Shown: piece by piece, positions 1-12,439 of the stretch
Numbering within the stretch: position 1 is the first letter of the stretch
How the letters are laid out: each line of letters begins with the position of its first letter
Origin: Eledone cirrhosa
Taxonomy: Eukaryota
Direction of reading: 5' to 3'
DNA length: 64,000 nt
Assembly: GCA_964016885.1 (NCBI GenBank)
Contig: OZ024740.1
Span: 66,092,001-66,156,000 of the forward strand
Position numbers and translations under genes: made by a program
The notes under the pieces: generated by a model
The model's database searches: none
The model's input: the letters and a program-made list of their open reading frames with translations, nothing else
What the model was told of the DNA's origin: nothing

Positions 1-214
1 TCGTGCTTACTATAACTGGTATAATCATAACCAATAAAGATATTATTTGATTAAGAGCACTACTGATAGAAAAGAATTTGACATACACCATCGGATGGAT
101 ATTGTAAGGATCAACACTTTCGCAAACAAAATAACCGCAATGATTGTGTCTTCTGCTAGTATAGCTACAACACTTCATCGTGTTTCTTTTATATATGAAT
201 GTATATATATATAT

Positions 215-253
215 GTGTGTTTATGTGAGTGTGAGTGTGAGTGTGCGTGTGCG

Positions 254-334
<81 letters not shown>

Positions 335-343
335 GTGTGTGTG
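215..343. repeat. (GT)n microsatellite (one of dozens of TA/CA/GA tracts in the window)
   Basis: Directly visible dinucleotide run. Confidence 0.98.
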
Positions 344-574
344 AAATTAAAAATAATCGAATGACATATGCAAAAACATAAAACATTAACAGGAGGCAAT
401 TTGCAAAATATGTACGTATAATTACAAAATGCGGCATTTAACAAAATGTAATCAAAATAAATACCTGATATTAAATAATGTTTTCTTAACGCTATGTGCG
501 TTTTCATCAGTCCCTAATTTGTATTCGAGGTGGAAATTCATATAGTTTGACCAGAAATCACCAGGTTTGGTCAG

Positions 575-898
575 TGGCACCTGCCCCAGCACAATTCCAC
601 CTGCCAAAACTCCATCCTATTGACCAACTACTTAGGTGATTTGGGGATCAAGACAGACCCTCATCCTCCCAACATTCTAGAGGTAGCCTCATGTGATTTC
701 TGGATCTTCCCGAAGCTGAACGAGATGCTAAGGGGTAACCACTTTCAGGATGTGGTGGTGATGAAGGAGGCAGTGACAAGTGCTCTGGAGCAGTTTAATT
801 TGGAAGATTATAAAGGGGCCTCCCAGAGATGGCTGGAGCGCTACATGCTCATTGGAGTTTTGGGAACTCACTTTGAGGGAGACAAGAGTTTTGCGTAG
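575..898 (+). pseudogene. Mariner/Tc1-family transposase C-terminal remnant
   Basis: Frame reads WHLPQHNSTCQNS...HPPNILEVASCDFWIFPKLNEMLRG...RW...GTHFEGD, a degenerate form of the mariner HHDNA and HPPYSPDLAPSDF motifs; no TIRs seen. Confidence 0.85.
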
Positions 899-922
899 AT
901 CCGAGTTAAATAAGTATGTTAA

Positions 923-1029
<107 letters not shown>

Positions 1030-1315
1030 TGTGTGTGTGCGGGGGCGTGTTTGTGTGCTTGAGCGTCTGTGTGTGTACGTACGAGGCACACTGAAAAAGT
1101 TTTGATACTTTTACTAAACACACACACACACACACACGTACACACACATAAACACACACATACACACACGCACACACACATACACACACATATACATATA
1201 TATATATGTGTGCATATATATCCAAAATTAAATTAAGGGTGTCATGTCAGACAGACATGCACCATATCCACTGTAGAATATGCTCCAAGATTCCAATGAA
1301 TAGATCCGATCATTT

Positions 1316-1512
1316 TATATCAACTAGAAATTGATTGACATATATATATATTTAAAATAAACATATAAATTAATCACAGGCAATAATTTGTAAAAGTGTG
1401 TAAGGACACATAGCCAGGTATATGTGCTTATACACGTGTACAAATTATTCCCTGTCATTGTTTCATATGTTTATTTTGAATATATTTATGTCAATCAACT
1501 TCTAGTTGATAT
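1316..1512. repeat. Imperfect fold-back (~90-bp arms), MITE-like
   Basis: atatcaactagaaattgattgacat... is the reverse complement of ...atgtcaatcaacttctagttgatat. Confidence 0.75.
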
Positions 1513-1528
1513 ATATATATATATAAAG

Positions 1529-1712
1529 TTTAATATAGAAATGGTTTCTACATGGCTAGAACTGCTTCATTCAAAATAAATTACGTGTGATTTAATTTGA
1601 ATGAAACAGTTCTTGTCCTGTAGAAGCCATTTCTATATTAAATTTGATGCTTACAATCCAATAATGTATTGTGTATCTTACTTCCTAAGGTTACCCCAGA
1701 TTGAATCCGGGA
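1529..1712. repeat. Short hairpin element, same family as 61395-61601
   Basis: Palindrome 1529-1642 plus a flank (aatgtattgtgtatcttac...ggttaccccagattgaatccggg) matching the reverse complement of 61395-61460. Confidence 0.7.
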
Positions 1713-1769
<57 letters not shown>

Positions 1770-1784
1770 GCATATATATCTGTA

Positions 1785-1847
<63 letters not shown>

Positions 1848-2492
1848 AGGATGAATATAAAATGAAATATAAAATGAAAGTGCTTTTTTTAAAAAAGGAA
1901 TACCTATGTAACAATACCCTGTAACAAACGGAGTACCTATGTATCGCTGCTTGCGTAATCATATAATGTTAGTAGCAAGTATTCGATAGCAAATGTATAA
2001 TCAGTTGTCACTTCTTCAGAGATTTTGGATAAATTGAATAAAATCAGAAAAATTGAAGTATTTATATTAGTAATAGAGGAAGAAACAGAGGGGATAGTAT
2101 ATGGCAGATGGTAAATTAATTTACTGCTAAACAAGTATATAATGGGTTTCTAATGAGAATACCATGAGTAAATCTAAATAAGAATTTTGGGAGTGCCAAT
2201 TTTAATCTCTACTTGATCAACTGGACAGTGGACAGGGCTGGTCATTTGGTGCAGTAGTATTAATTATAAAGTGTCAATTAGGGAAGGGGGAGATTTCGAT
2301 TGCTACTAAATAACATCAATGCTAGTAGCCAGCTGGTATATGCATTAGGGAATTGAATCAAGAAATCAGAAATCTCATTTTATCTATAGCAGTTTGTATT
2401 AAAAGGTAGATAATAGAAGAGTTGATAGAATTAAGACTAATAAAGAATGATAATATCTATTTTGACGATCAAACGGGGATAGAGACAGGCGT

Positions 2493-4250
2493 TCAATCCT
2501 GGTAGTATTTATAATATGAAAATGTAGATTTTAAGCGATGGTTACAGTATAACGATCGCTCTATTCTGTTATTTAATAAAATGTTTTTGGATTTCATAAT
2601 ACAAAATAATTCTACATTACATAATTTACAAAATTCCTGTCCATGGGTTATGGGGGGGGGGGGGGGGGGGCAGCCGCTATTATATCCCATTTTAGGTGAA
2701 ATTGTTGGTTATTTTCACGCAGCTGCCAAGCCTTGTCTGCGAGTGTTGTTACATAACGCTGGTTTTCATGTTTTATCGAGTAACGATGTCTATAAAGGCG
2801 TGATTTGAAGGAGGTGGCTGTAGATCCCACATAGTACCACTTCTGTCTATCCGATTCGATAGTACATTTGTATACGATGTTGCGTTCAAGACACTGATTG
2901 TTCAACGGACACATTCCTGGTTGGACACAGTTGCAATTATAATTTTGCGTTGTTGTATTGCCATGGATGGGTTGATGAGGTTGCTTATGTAGGACAGGAT
3001 GTTGTTTGTTGTTTTGTGATTTTATAGCTAATGTTTTACGTGTATTGTTATGTGTTGGAAGGCGTTTATACAACCGTTTTGCGTTAAGCTTTTTTATATG
3101 TTGTTCAATATTAGGGGCGGTTGAATATGAAAGTCGAATAGTGTTAGGGTTTAAGATTTTATTATATTTATGTGATGTTGGAAAGTGTTTTTTAACTAAT
3201 CGAAATAATTTTGAGGGTAGATTGGTTTTAATAGAGTTGTTATAGACCGGGTTGTACCAAATATACTCCTTACATCGCCTTCTGTTTGGTGGTGTGCGAC
3301 TATTATTGTGTCTATTGCGGTAGTGTATGTATGGTGGTGATTCTGTGCTATTTCTACTCCTATGGGATTTATTTTGGGTGTTTTGGTGATCTTTGACTAT
3401 ATACTCTATATTGTCTAGGTGACCGGCTTTCCGAAGTGCATCATCATAATATTCGTCATGTTCTTTGAAGGTTTGTTGGTTGGACGACAGGCGGGAGATT
3501 CTAAGAGAAACATTTCTAGGGATGGATTTAATTATAGAGAGTGGATGGTTCGAACTCGTATTTACATATTTAAGGTTCTCATTTAGTTTATGGAACGGTT
3601 TAATCGTATCTGTATTGAGATTGAAAGTAACATCAAGGAAATTGACCTCTTTGAGGTTATATTCAAATGTAATATTTAATCCTAGTTCCTTAAAAAGCTT
3701 TCTGATATTTTTATGCATCCTTTCTAAATTCTGGTTATTCATATGCTTAACTAATAGGAGCGCATCGTCACGGTAGATTCCACCGTGGAGATCCTTGAAT
3801 TTTCCTTGTAATCTGTGGGTGATATAAATTCCCACAAGATCAGTTACTTCCGCCGAATCATTAGAACCCATAGTGATATCAAAATTAGAAGGTCTATCTT
3901 TGCGAACCCAGTAGCTATCATCGAATTTAACTATAGTTTTCCTCGCTTCCATAATAATTTTAATTTCAGCATCCGTAAGGTGGGAATTATCCTTAGCGAA
4001 CCAAAGAGCTTCATGTAGAGTATCAGGTGAAATTGAGGAATAATATTCATCAATATCAAACTGAATAAATTTTGATTTTTTCTTATCAGTAATGTTATTA
4101 AACCATCTTATTGCTACATGAGTGTTACCCCATAGTTTAATCTCTACTTTAACCTTAACTTGGGGGAGGATTCTGTCTACTATATATTTGCTAATTTTGC
4201 CTATATCAGATTTAGAGGGGCATATAAGTCTAATATTAGGGTTAGTATCG
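2493..4250 (-). pseudogene. PLE reverse transcriptase-GIY-YIG ORF, 5'-truncated, frameshifted at a poly-G run
   Basis: IRLICP, FIQFDIDEYYSSI, MGSNDSAEVTDLVG, GGIYRDD, FLDVTF, SNHP, WYNP, CNC-x5-CPL-x3-CL, IVYKC...YVGST...FKSR...CKLCNVE...LLN; G19 at 2652-2670 versus C8 in the other arm. Confidence 0.92.
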
Positions 4251-4309
4251 ATACTAATAAAGCCAAAACAATGCAGGTATGGACATAGAATAAAGAATGC
4301 AAATGCAAA

Positions 4310-4724
4310 AGGAATGTGTCCGTTGAACAATCAGTGTCTTGAACGCAACATCGTATACAAATGTACTATCGAATCGGATAGACAGAAGTGGTACTATGTG
4401 GGATCTACAGCCACCTCCTTCAAATCACGCCTTTATAGACATCGTTACTCGATAAAACATGAAAACCAGCGTTATGTAACAACACTCGCAGACAAGGCTT
4501 GGCAGCTGCGTGAAAATAACCAACAATTTCACCTAAAATGGGATATAATAGCGGCTGCCCCCCCCATAACCCATGGACAGGAATTTTGTAAGTTATGTAA
4601 TGTAGAATTATTTTGTATTATGAAATCCAAAAACATTTTATTAAATAACAGAATAGAGCGATCGTTATACTGTAACCATCGCTTAAAATCTACATTTTCA
4701 TATTATAAATACTACCAGGATTGA
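4310..4724 (+). pseudogene. GIY-YIG endonuclease fragment (inverted arm of copy A)
   Basis: GMCPLNNQCLERNIVYKC...YYQD, matching the C-terminus of the minus arm. Confidence 0.9.
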
Positions 4725-5197
4725 ACGACTGTCTCTATCCCCGTTTGATTGTCAAAATAGATATTAACATTCTTTATTAGTCTTAATTCTATCAACTCTT
4801 CTATTATCTACCTTTTAATACAAACTGCTATAGATAAAATGAGATTTCTGATTTCTTGATTCAATTCCCTAATGCATATACCAGCTGGCTACTAGCATTG
4901 ATGTTATTTAGTAGCAATCGAAACCTACCCATTCCCTAATTGACACTTTATAATTAATACTACTGCACCAAATGACCAGCCCTGTCCACTGTCCAGTTGA
5001 TCAAGTAGAGATTAAAATTGGCACTCCCAAAATTCTTATTTAGATTTACTCATGGTATTCTCATTAGAAACCCATTATATACTTGTTTAGCAGTAAATTA
5101 ATTTACCATCTGCCATATACTATCCCCTCTGTTTCTTCCTCTATTACTAATATAAATACTTCAATTTTTCTGATTTTATCCAATTTATCCAAAATCT

Positions 5198-5314
5198 CTG
5201 AAGAAGTGACAACTGATTATACATTTGCTATCGAATACTTGCTAACATTATATGATTACGCAAGCAGCGATACATAGGTATTCCGTTTGTTACAGAAACA
5301 TATGTCAATACCTA
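5198..5314 (+). ncRNA. Atypical hammerhead-like motif in Naiad pLTR (also 55503-55617)
   Basis: CTGAAGA-a-gtgacaa...ttgttac-a-GAAAC-atat-GTC with palindromic loop 3; stem I pairing is poor. Confidence 0.4.
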
Positions 5315-5467
5315 ATAAATTCCTTTTTTAAAAAAAGCACTTTCATTTTATATTCATCCTTTCTACATTTTCTCCGGAATATAATTCATACTCGTTGAGC
5401 AAACCTGCACGTACGCTGTTCATCTCTAACGTAACGATATATTATCACTACATTATTGATAACCTGA

Positions 5468-5534
<67 letters not shown>

Positions 5535-6159
5535 CAAAATATGAGGAAATAATAGACAAAAATATACCTATTTTTTCTTCAAAGCCCTAACTGCAGTTTC
5601 GCTGATCCGCGTACAACTGTGCATTATTAAAATGCATCATCATTGTAAGGCAAATCGGATTTTCAAGAGACACCTCAGGAAAAACGGAATTCATCCCCGA
5701 CTTATTTGCAGCAAGTGAGAAAAACTCTATAGGCGGTGGGAGGGATTAAGACGTGATACATCGGTAAGAAAGGGAGTTTCTTTTGTAGCAAGTGAAAATA
5801 TCTCAAGAGGCGGAGGGAGAAAGTAATATATGATACAGTGGTCACAGTCTGGGAGTAAGCTGGACATGTATCGAATTTGCTAGAAAAAGCAGTTAGCACA
5901 CTCTCAGGATAACTTGAGCATAGGGGAATTTGAGACAATATACTAATGAAATACACACATATATATTTTTTTTCATATGCGTGTGTGATAACAACCTCAT
6001 ATATATATTATAGTTCACTTGAAGCATTGTGTAATGAGGTATAAACCTTTGTATATGTATAATAAAGCCAAAACAATGCAGGTATGGACATAGAATAAAG
6101 AATGCAAATGCAAAAGATATTGTTTCAATTAGTCTTTTACCTTAGATTTATTTAAATGT

Positions 6160-6194
6160 CCTTAATTTTCGAGATAATATTTCTTCTTCGGAGG
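6160..6194 (-). ncRNA. Minimal hammerhead-like motif with U4C change (mirror copy 8650-8684 on +)
   Basis: cct-CCGAAGA-a-ga(g/a)atattatctc-GAAA-at-TA-agg at the pLTR position. Confidence 0.45.
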
Positions 6195-6689
6195 GAAGTA
6201 AAGCGGTTAAACCAGTGTTCTAAATAACTTGCCACGTCATGCTGACAGGAAATGGTATAGAGTATCTGTTCTATCTCTAATATCAAAGAGTTAAGGTTAG
6301 GTGGATAAAGAGTAGTCTCCCTTTAAAATGTTTTTGTTTTTTTTGTACATGCCTGTTTAAGTGTGTGGGAGAATGCGTGAAGGTGTAAGTATGTGTGTGT
6401 GCGTGAGAGACAGTGTGAGAAGATATGTCTATACGTAAATGTGGGGGATAGATGTTAACTCGTGTTAGAACTGGTATGTGTGTGTGTATGTGTGTTTGTG
6501 AGAGAGAATAAGTGGAGGTGTAAGCGTGTGTGTGTATATGTGTGTGTGCATGTGTGTGTGTGTGCGTGCGTGTGTGTGCGTGTGTGTGGAAGGGGGGTCT
6601 AAATATGGGGCTAGATGCTCTATTAAGTTATAAATTGGGTGTTGAGTTCTAGTATATTATTGATTGGTGGTTGTATTTTGCCTATAATT

Positions 6690-7810
6690 AGTGCTCCCTT
6701 AATTCTAAAAGCCGAGGTTTCTTTCCTTAGTTTCTATCCTAACTGTTATGGTTTTGTCGGTGTTTTTGCATTTAACTAGGTGTTTCTTAAATGAGGAAGC
6801 GTTAGTATTGAGGTCTTCTTTTGTTCTTATGTGGAGTGGCCTGGTGGTGCTACCTACGTAGACGTTGCTGCATTTGTCGCACTCTAATCTGTATACGACG
6901 TAAGCCTGATGGCATAGGTCTGTGTCGTTGATGGGGCAGTTGGATAGCCTGCAGCGGTTGTCATGTCTGGTGGAGTGTCTTTTCGTTAGCTGTCCGCGTA
7001 GAGAAGGTCCTGATGGTCTAGTTGGATATCTAGTCCTTCTCGTCTGATGGCTCTGCGGATGGCTGTTGTTGTTTCTTCACTGAAGTGTGGGAGCTTCAGG
7101 AAGCAAGTGTTAGTGCCTCGGGTGTGGTGTCCTCTGTTCTTTCTGGCACGGTTTGTGGTGGATGTCGTGTATCCGTTCAGTTTGAGTACTTCCAGGAAAT
7201 GTGTGGTGTGTGTGTCTCGGTCTCTAGCGTCGGTTCATTTGTTCCGGATATGTGTAGCTCGTTCTTTATGTATCCGAACTTAGCGCCGGCTGGGAGGGCC
7301 GATCTGAAATGTACGAACAGGTCCCTGCTGGCGGCTTTTTTATAGAAGCAGGCGTGGATGTTGCCTTCCTCTGTTAACCTGAGTTGGACGTCCAGTAGGG
7401 ATAGGGAGCTGCGGTCATCGGGGTGTTCCATGCTGAACTTTATACTGGCGTACATGCTGGATACTGTTGTGTATATTTTATCCGCCTCCTCACGGGATGA
7501 TGTAAGGATGAGTATGTCATCTACATATCGGGTGAAGAAGGTATGGGAATGGCAGGTGTTGAGGGCTTGGCATTCTAGCTGGTTCATGTAGGTGATGGCC
7601 AGCAGGCCCGATAGGCTGGATCCCATGGGTAATCCTGTTGTCTATCTGTATGTGTGGTGGTGGTGGAAGGTGAAGTACGTGTTGTCCACTGTGAAGGACA
7701 AAATCTGGTGTATGTCCATCGCATGGAGGCCGTAGCAGTGGATGTCCTCTGCGACCACGCAGTCCGTCCATAAATCGACAGCTGGATGAGTGGGGACTGT
7801 AGTGTAGAGC
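6690..7810 (-). pseudogene. PLE RT-EN remnant
   Basis: SLYTTVP, GLPMGSSLSGLLAITYM, RYVDDILI, LLDV, FYKK then GIY-YIG; disrupted frame. Confidence 0.85.
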
Positions 7811-8798
7811 TATCAGACGCGAGGGACTAGATATCCAACTAGCCCACTCAGGTCCTTCTCTACGCGGACAGGTAACCAAAAGACACTCTACCAGACATGA
7901 CAACGGCTGCAGGCTAGCCAACTGCCCCATCAACGGCACAGACCTATGCCACCAGGCTTACGTCGTATACAGGCTAGAGTGCGACAAATGCAGCAACTTC
8001 TACGTAGATAGCACCACCAGACCACTCCACATACGAATAAAATAACACCTCAATACTAACGCTTCCTCATTTAAGAAACACCTAGTTAAATGCAAAAACA
8101 CCGACAAAACCATAACAGTTAGGATAGAAACTAAGGAAAGAAACCTCGGCAATCTTAGAATTAAGGAAAGACTATTTATAGACAAAACACAACCTCCAAT
8201 CAATAATAGACTAGAACTCAACACCCAATTTATAACTTGATAGAGCATGTAGCCCCATATTTAGAACCCCTCCCACACACACGCACGCACACACACGCAC
8301 ACACGCACACACGCTTACACCTCCACTTATTCTCTCTCACACACACACACACATACACACACAAAGACCAGTTCTAACACGAGATAACATCTATCCCCCA
8401 CATTTACGTATAGACATATCTTCTCACACTCACACACACACACACACACATACTTACACCTTCACGCATTCTCCCACACACTTAAACAGGCATGTACAAA
8501 AAAAAAAAAAAAACATTTTAAAGGGAGACTACTCTTTATCCACCTAACCTTAACTCTTTGATATTAGAGATAGAACAGATACTCTATACCATTTCCTGTC
8601 AGCATGACTTGGCAAGCTATTTAGAACACTGGTTTAACCGCTTTACTTCCCTCCGAAGAAGAGATATTATCGCTAAAACTAAGGACATTTAAATAAATCT
8701 AAGGTAAAAGACTAATTGTCAATAATATCTTTTGCATTTGCATTCCTTATTCTATGTCCATACCTGGATTGTTTTGGCTTTACTATACATATACAAAC

Positions 8799-8873
<75 letters not shown>

Positions 8874-8877
<4 letters not shown>

Positions 8878-9110
8878 ATAGTAATAAATGGAAACTATAT
8901 TTATAAAACCAAAGTTATTTTATTATATATATTTCAAGGGCAACCAAGGCAGTTTTGGCGCGCTTACATAAGATAAAATACTAAATTTGTTTTATAAATG
9001 TTGACATACCCTAATGAAATCGCACCAAAATTTGCCTTGGTTGCCCTTGAAATATATTTAATAAAGTAATTATGGTTACATAAATATAGCTTCCAGTTAT
9101 TAATATATTG
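8874..9110. repeat. Fold-back element related to 29981-30306
   Basis: tttcaagggcaaccaaggca / tgccttggttgcccttgaaa arms; shares aaatggaaactatatttataaaacc with 29996-30020. Confidence 0.7.
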
Positions 9111-9375
9111 ATTATTTACTCAAGTAAATTGTTGAGTGCTTTATATCAGTTATAAAACTTTTAAGCTTGTTGAATGCCAACAAATTAAATATAACTTTTG
9201 CATATATATATATATAATCAGTAAACGAGATATTGTTGATTGTTGTCCAAGGAAGGTCACGAGTAATCTGTAGTGTGGAGGATTTTATCGTGCGGCGTTC
9301 GTTGACTCAAGGAAATGTTTACTTAATTTTGTTGTACGGAGGGTCGATTTCGGACATCTCCCATGTTAGAGTATT

Positions 9376-9528
9376 AATAACGAAGGAATGATGATTAACA
9401 CGGATAGAATTGTAGATAGTGATTATAAGACATAACCGATTCCGCACTATACAATGAAACATATACTAATCCTTGGAATAATACCCTATGATATCGCTTA
9501 TCCGTGTTAATCATAATTCATTCGTTAT
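9376..9528. repeat. Short inverted repeat
   Basis: ataacgaaggaatgatgattaacacggata / tatccgtgttaatcataattcattcgttat. Confidence 0.6.
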
Positions 9529-9589
9529 ATATCTCTCCCTCTCTCTCTATATATATATATTCATATCTTTGAATAATATATATACTAGA

Positions 9590-10640
9590 GAGACACATAC
9601 AGCACTTCATCCACAGTATGCAGTTCTCTGGTTACAATCAGAGAGATAAAATCAGAGTGTATAGAGGAGCCAGAACCAAATGGGAAAAAATGGTAAATAA
9701 TCACACAAATGGGACCTGCCCCTTGTAGAGCAAATTTTGGAATAGAATAGAAAGAACTAGGAATAAGGCTAATAGAATAAACTCATGGTATGATAGCAAT
9801 AAATACCATAGTGTTCATCGATACAACCCCTAGAGGTTAATTAGCTTACAAATTTAGAAGGGCCCTAGATAAACATAAACTCAATATTAAGATAGTAGAA
9901 AGACCAGGTACCTCCGTAAAAACATTTATTAGCAAGACACCCTTTTCAAAGACCCCCCTGTATAGATACGAAATGTATAACCTGTAAATTAAGCCCCCAT
10001 ATTAACTGTAAAACTCGAAATGTAGTATATAGCATAAGATGTACTGAAAGACAATGTAGAGACAAAAATATAGTGTACATAGGTGAGACAGCAGGTAGTG
10101 TAGGGGAACAGCGAGACCTTCAAGATAGTAAAGAATCATCTGTACTTTACCAACATGCTAAAATAGAACATAAGGGTAAATTACAGGACATAGAAATAAA
10201 AATAGAATCTACACACAGAAAAGACGCAATGTTTAGACAAATCACAGAGGCAATAAACATAAAAGAATTACAACCAAAATTAAATAGAAAACATAAGATG
10301 AACAGCAACATCACAACTTACAATTAAGGACAAAATGAAAACACACACGCACATAGAACAAACAACCAACCTGTAACATGTAAATACACAAATAAATAAA
10401 CGAATATAAACACACACAGATACCCGGATGTGGCGCATGCGCAGACTGAGCACACAACACACACACAGAAATAAAATGGCGTAGACAGAACAAAGGAGAG
10501 GCACAAAAATAAAGAAAATAATCCCCAGTCACTGAAGAGGTCACAGAATGTGTGACGAAAGAAATTTGACAATATATAAACAACTATCTGGTTGTGGAAC
10601 CAACCAACCAACCGGATATTTATAAATTCCTAAATTTATA
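9590..10640 (+). mobile_element. PLE 3' remnant (Nematis-like GIY-YIG) with pLTR
   Basis: VFIDTTPRG, CKTRNVVYSIRC...YIGET...HAKIEH...RQITEAINI...LNRK; HHR motif downstream. Confidence 0.75.
10528..10570 (+). ncRNA. Minimal type I hammerhead ribozyme
   Basis: gtca-CTGAAGA-g-gtcaca-gaatg-tgtgac-GAAA-gaaa-TT-tgac; stems I and II pair. Confidence 0.7.
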
Positions 10641-10778
10641 AATTTATTATAATGAATTGAAGTGAATGCAACTGGTGCGTGTGTTTCTTATTGGCAATAT
10701 AACCCTCCCAAAGTATAACAATATCGGTTTCTACACACGTTTTCAGATAAAGAATCTTGCTAAACAAATTCAGAAACG

Positions 10779-10813
<35 letters not shown>

Positions 10814-11044
10814 GAAACACACATATACATGCGGACACACACACATATACATGAATGCATCCGCACCCAACTGTGAGTTAAGGGTGCCAACTTCACCGAT
10901 GTTGCTCAATGAATGACTGGGACAGACCAATTCAGTTTGAACCAGACTGAACCAGTATCAGAGTTAAAAATACATTATGAAGAGAGAAGAAACATTTAGA
11001 TATAATTAGTAATAAAATGTATCATACCTAAACTGCTCCTAAAT

Positions 11045-11132
11045 TCCTCGACTACGTAATTTCGTGGCATAAACAAAAACAATATATCAAAGATATAGAG
11101 TTCCTGCGAGGTCTGCCAACTTATCAAGAGGA
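11045..11132 (-). ncRNA. Type I hammerhead, U3-A8 core variant
   Basis: Reverse complement of 12283-12370 with one stem III substitution. Confidence 0.75.
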
Positions 11133-11635
11133 TACCTCATTTTACTAGTCTCAAGAACGCGTCTACACGACGTGAGAAAGAATCCCAAAAGGCGGAGGGG
11201 GAGATAGTCACGCGATATAACGGTCGAGAAACAGAGCTAAGCCTCTTATAACCACGAAGAAAATACCACGGAGGCGGAGGGGGTATTCATATCGAGGCCG
11301 CAGAAGAGGTAGTGAAGAAGGCGAGAAGTATGAGTGATGGAAGCTTTCCAGTTGTCCCCACACTTCAAAGATTGCTCGACCAGAGGGAGTTATTAATATA
11401 TTCAGAAACACACAGATACATGCGGACACACACACATATACATGAATGCATCCGCACCCAACTGTGAGTTAAGGGTGCCAACTTCACCGATGTTGCTCAA
11501 AGAATGACTGGGACAGACCAATTCAGTTTGAACCAGACTGAAACAGTATCAGAGTTAAAAATACATTATGAAGAGAGAAGAAACATTTAGATATAATTAG
11601 TAATAAAATGTATCATACCTAAACTGCTCCTAAAT

Positions 11636-11723
11636 TCCTCGACTACGTAGTTTCGTGGCATAAACAAAAACAATATATCAAAGATATAGAGTCCCTGCGA
11701 GGTCTGCCAACTTATCAAGAGGA
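11636..11723 (-). ncRNA. Type I hammerhead, U3-A8 core variant
   Basis: tcctc-TTGATAA-gttggca...tgccac-GAAAC-tacgta-GTC-gagga on the minus strand. Confidence 0.82.
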
Positions 11724-12282
11724 TACCTCATTTTACTAGTCTCAAGAACGCGTCTACACGACGTGAGAAAGAATCCCAAAAGGCGGAGCAGTTTAGGTAT
11801 GATACATTTTATTACTAATTATATCTAAATGTTTCTTCTCTCTTCATAATGTATTTTTAACTCTGATACTGGTTCAGTCTGGTTCAAACTGAATTGGTCT
11901 GTCCCAGTCATTCATTGAGCAACATCGGTGAAGTTGGCACCCTTAACTCACAGTTGGGTGCGGATGCATTCATGTATATGTGTGTGTGTCCGCATGTATC
12001 TGTGTGTTTCTGAATATATTAATAACTCCCTCTGGTCGAGCAATCTTTGAAGTGTGGGGACAACTGGAAAGCTTCCATTACTCATACTTCTCGCCTTCTT
12101 CACTACCTCTTCTGCGGCCTCGATATGAATACCCCCTCCGCCTCCGTGGTATTTTCTTCGTGGTTATAAGAGGCTTAGCTCTGTTTCTCGACCGTTATAT
12201 CGCGTGACTATCTCCCCCTCCGCCTTTTGGGATTCTTTCTCACGTCGTGTAGACGCGTTCTTGAGACTAGTAAAATGAGGTA

Positions 12283-12370
12283 TCCTCTTGATAAGTTGGC
12301 AGACCTCGCAGGGACTCTATATCTTTGATATATTGTTTTTGTTTATACCACGAAACTACGTAGTCGAGGA
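12283..12370 (+). ncRNA. Type I hammerhead, U3-A8 core variant
   Basis: tcctc-TTGATAA-gttgg...ccac-GAAAC-tacgta-GTC-gagga. Confidence 0.8.
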
Positions 12371-12439
12371 ATTTAGGAGCAGTTTAGGTTTGATACATTT
12401 TACTACTAATTATATCTAAATGTTTCTTCTCTCTTCATA

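Larger units (their letters stand above)
1843..5474. mobile_element. Naiad-like Penelope element copy A, head-to-head inverted insertion in (TA)n
   Basis: Minus arm 1843-4250 (5'-truncated RT, GIY-YIG, pLTR) and plus arm 4310-5474 (EN, pLTR) are near-identical inverted repeats over ~1.05 kb. Confidence 0.92.
6042..8793. mobile_element. Penelope/Poseidon-like element, inverted insertion
   Basis: Arms 6042-7048 and 7812-8793 are inverted repeats; unique centre encodes RT on the minus strand; EN motif VVYRLECDKCSNFYV.ST.RPLHIR in the arms. Confidence 0.88.

Noticed and set aside
4251-4330. Signal-peptide-like N-terminus of ORF 2648..4330 (MFNGHIPFAFAFFILC)
   Set aside because: Chimeric read-through across the inversion junction and filler DNA.
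5583-5672. Minus-strand GAAAC-tgca-GTT with upstream TTGAAAA
   Set aside because: Stems I and II do not register with the core; at best a decayed HHR.
11208-12207. Repeated 75-aa ORF in the 591-bp units
   Set aside because: Recurrence reflects recent DNA duplication; most copies use a non-ATG start and there is no recognisable domain.
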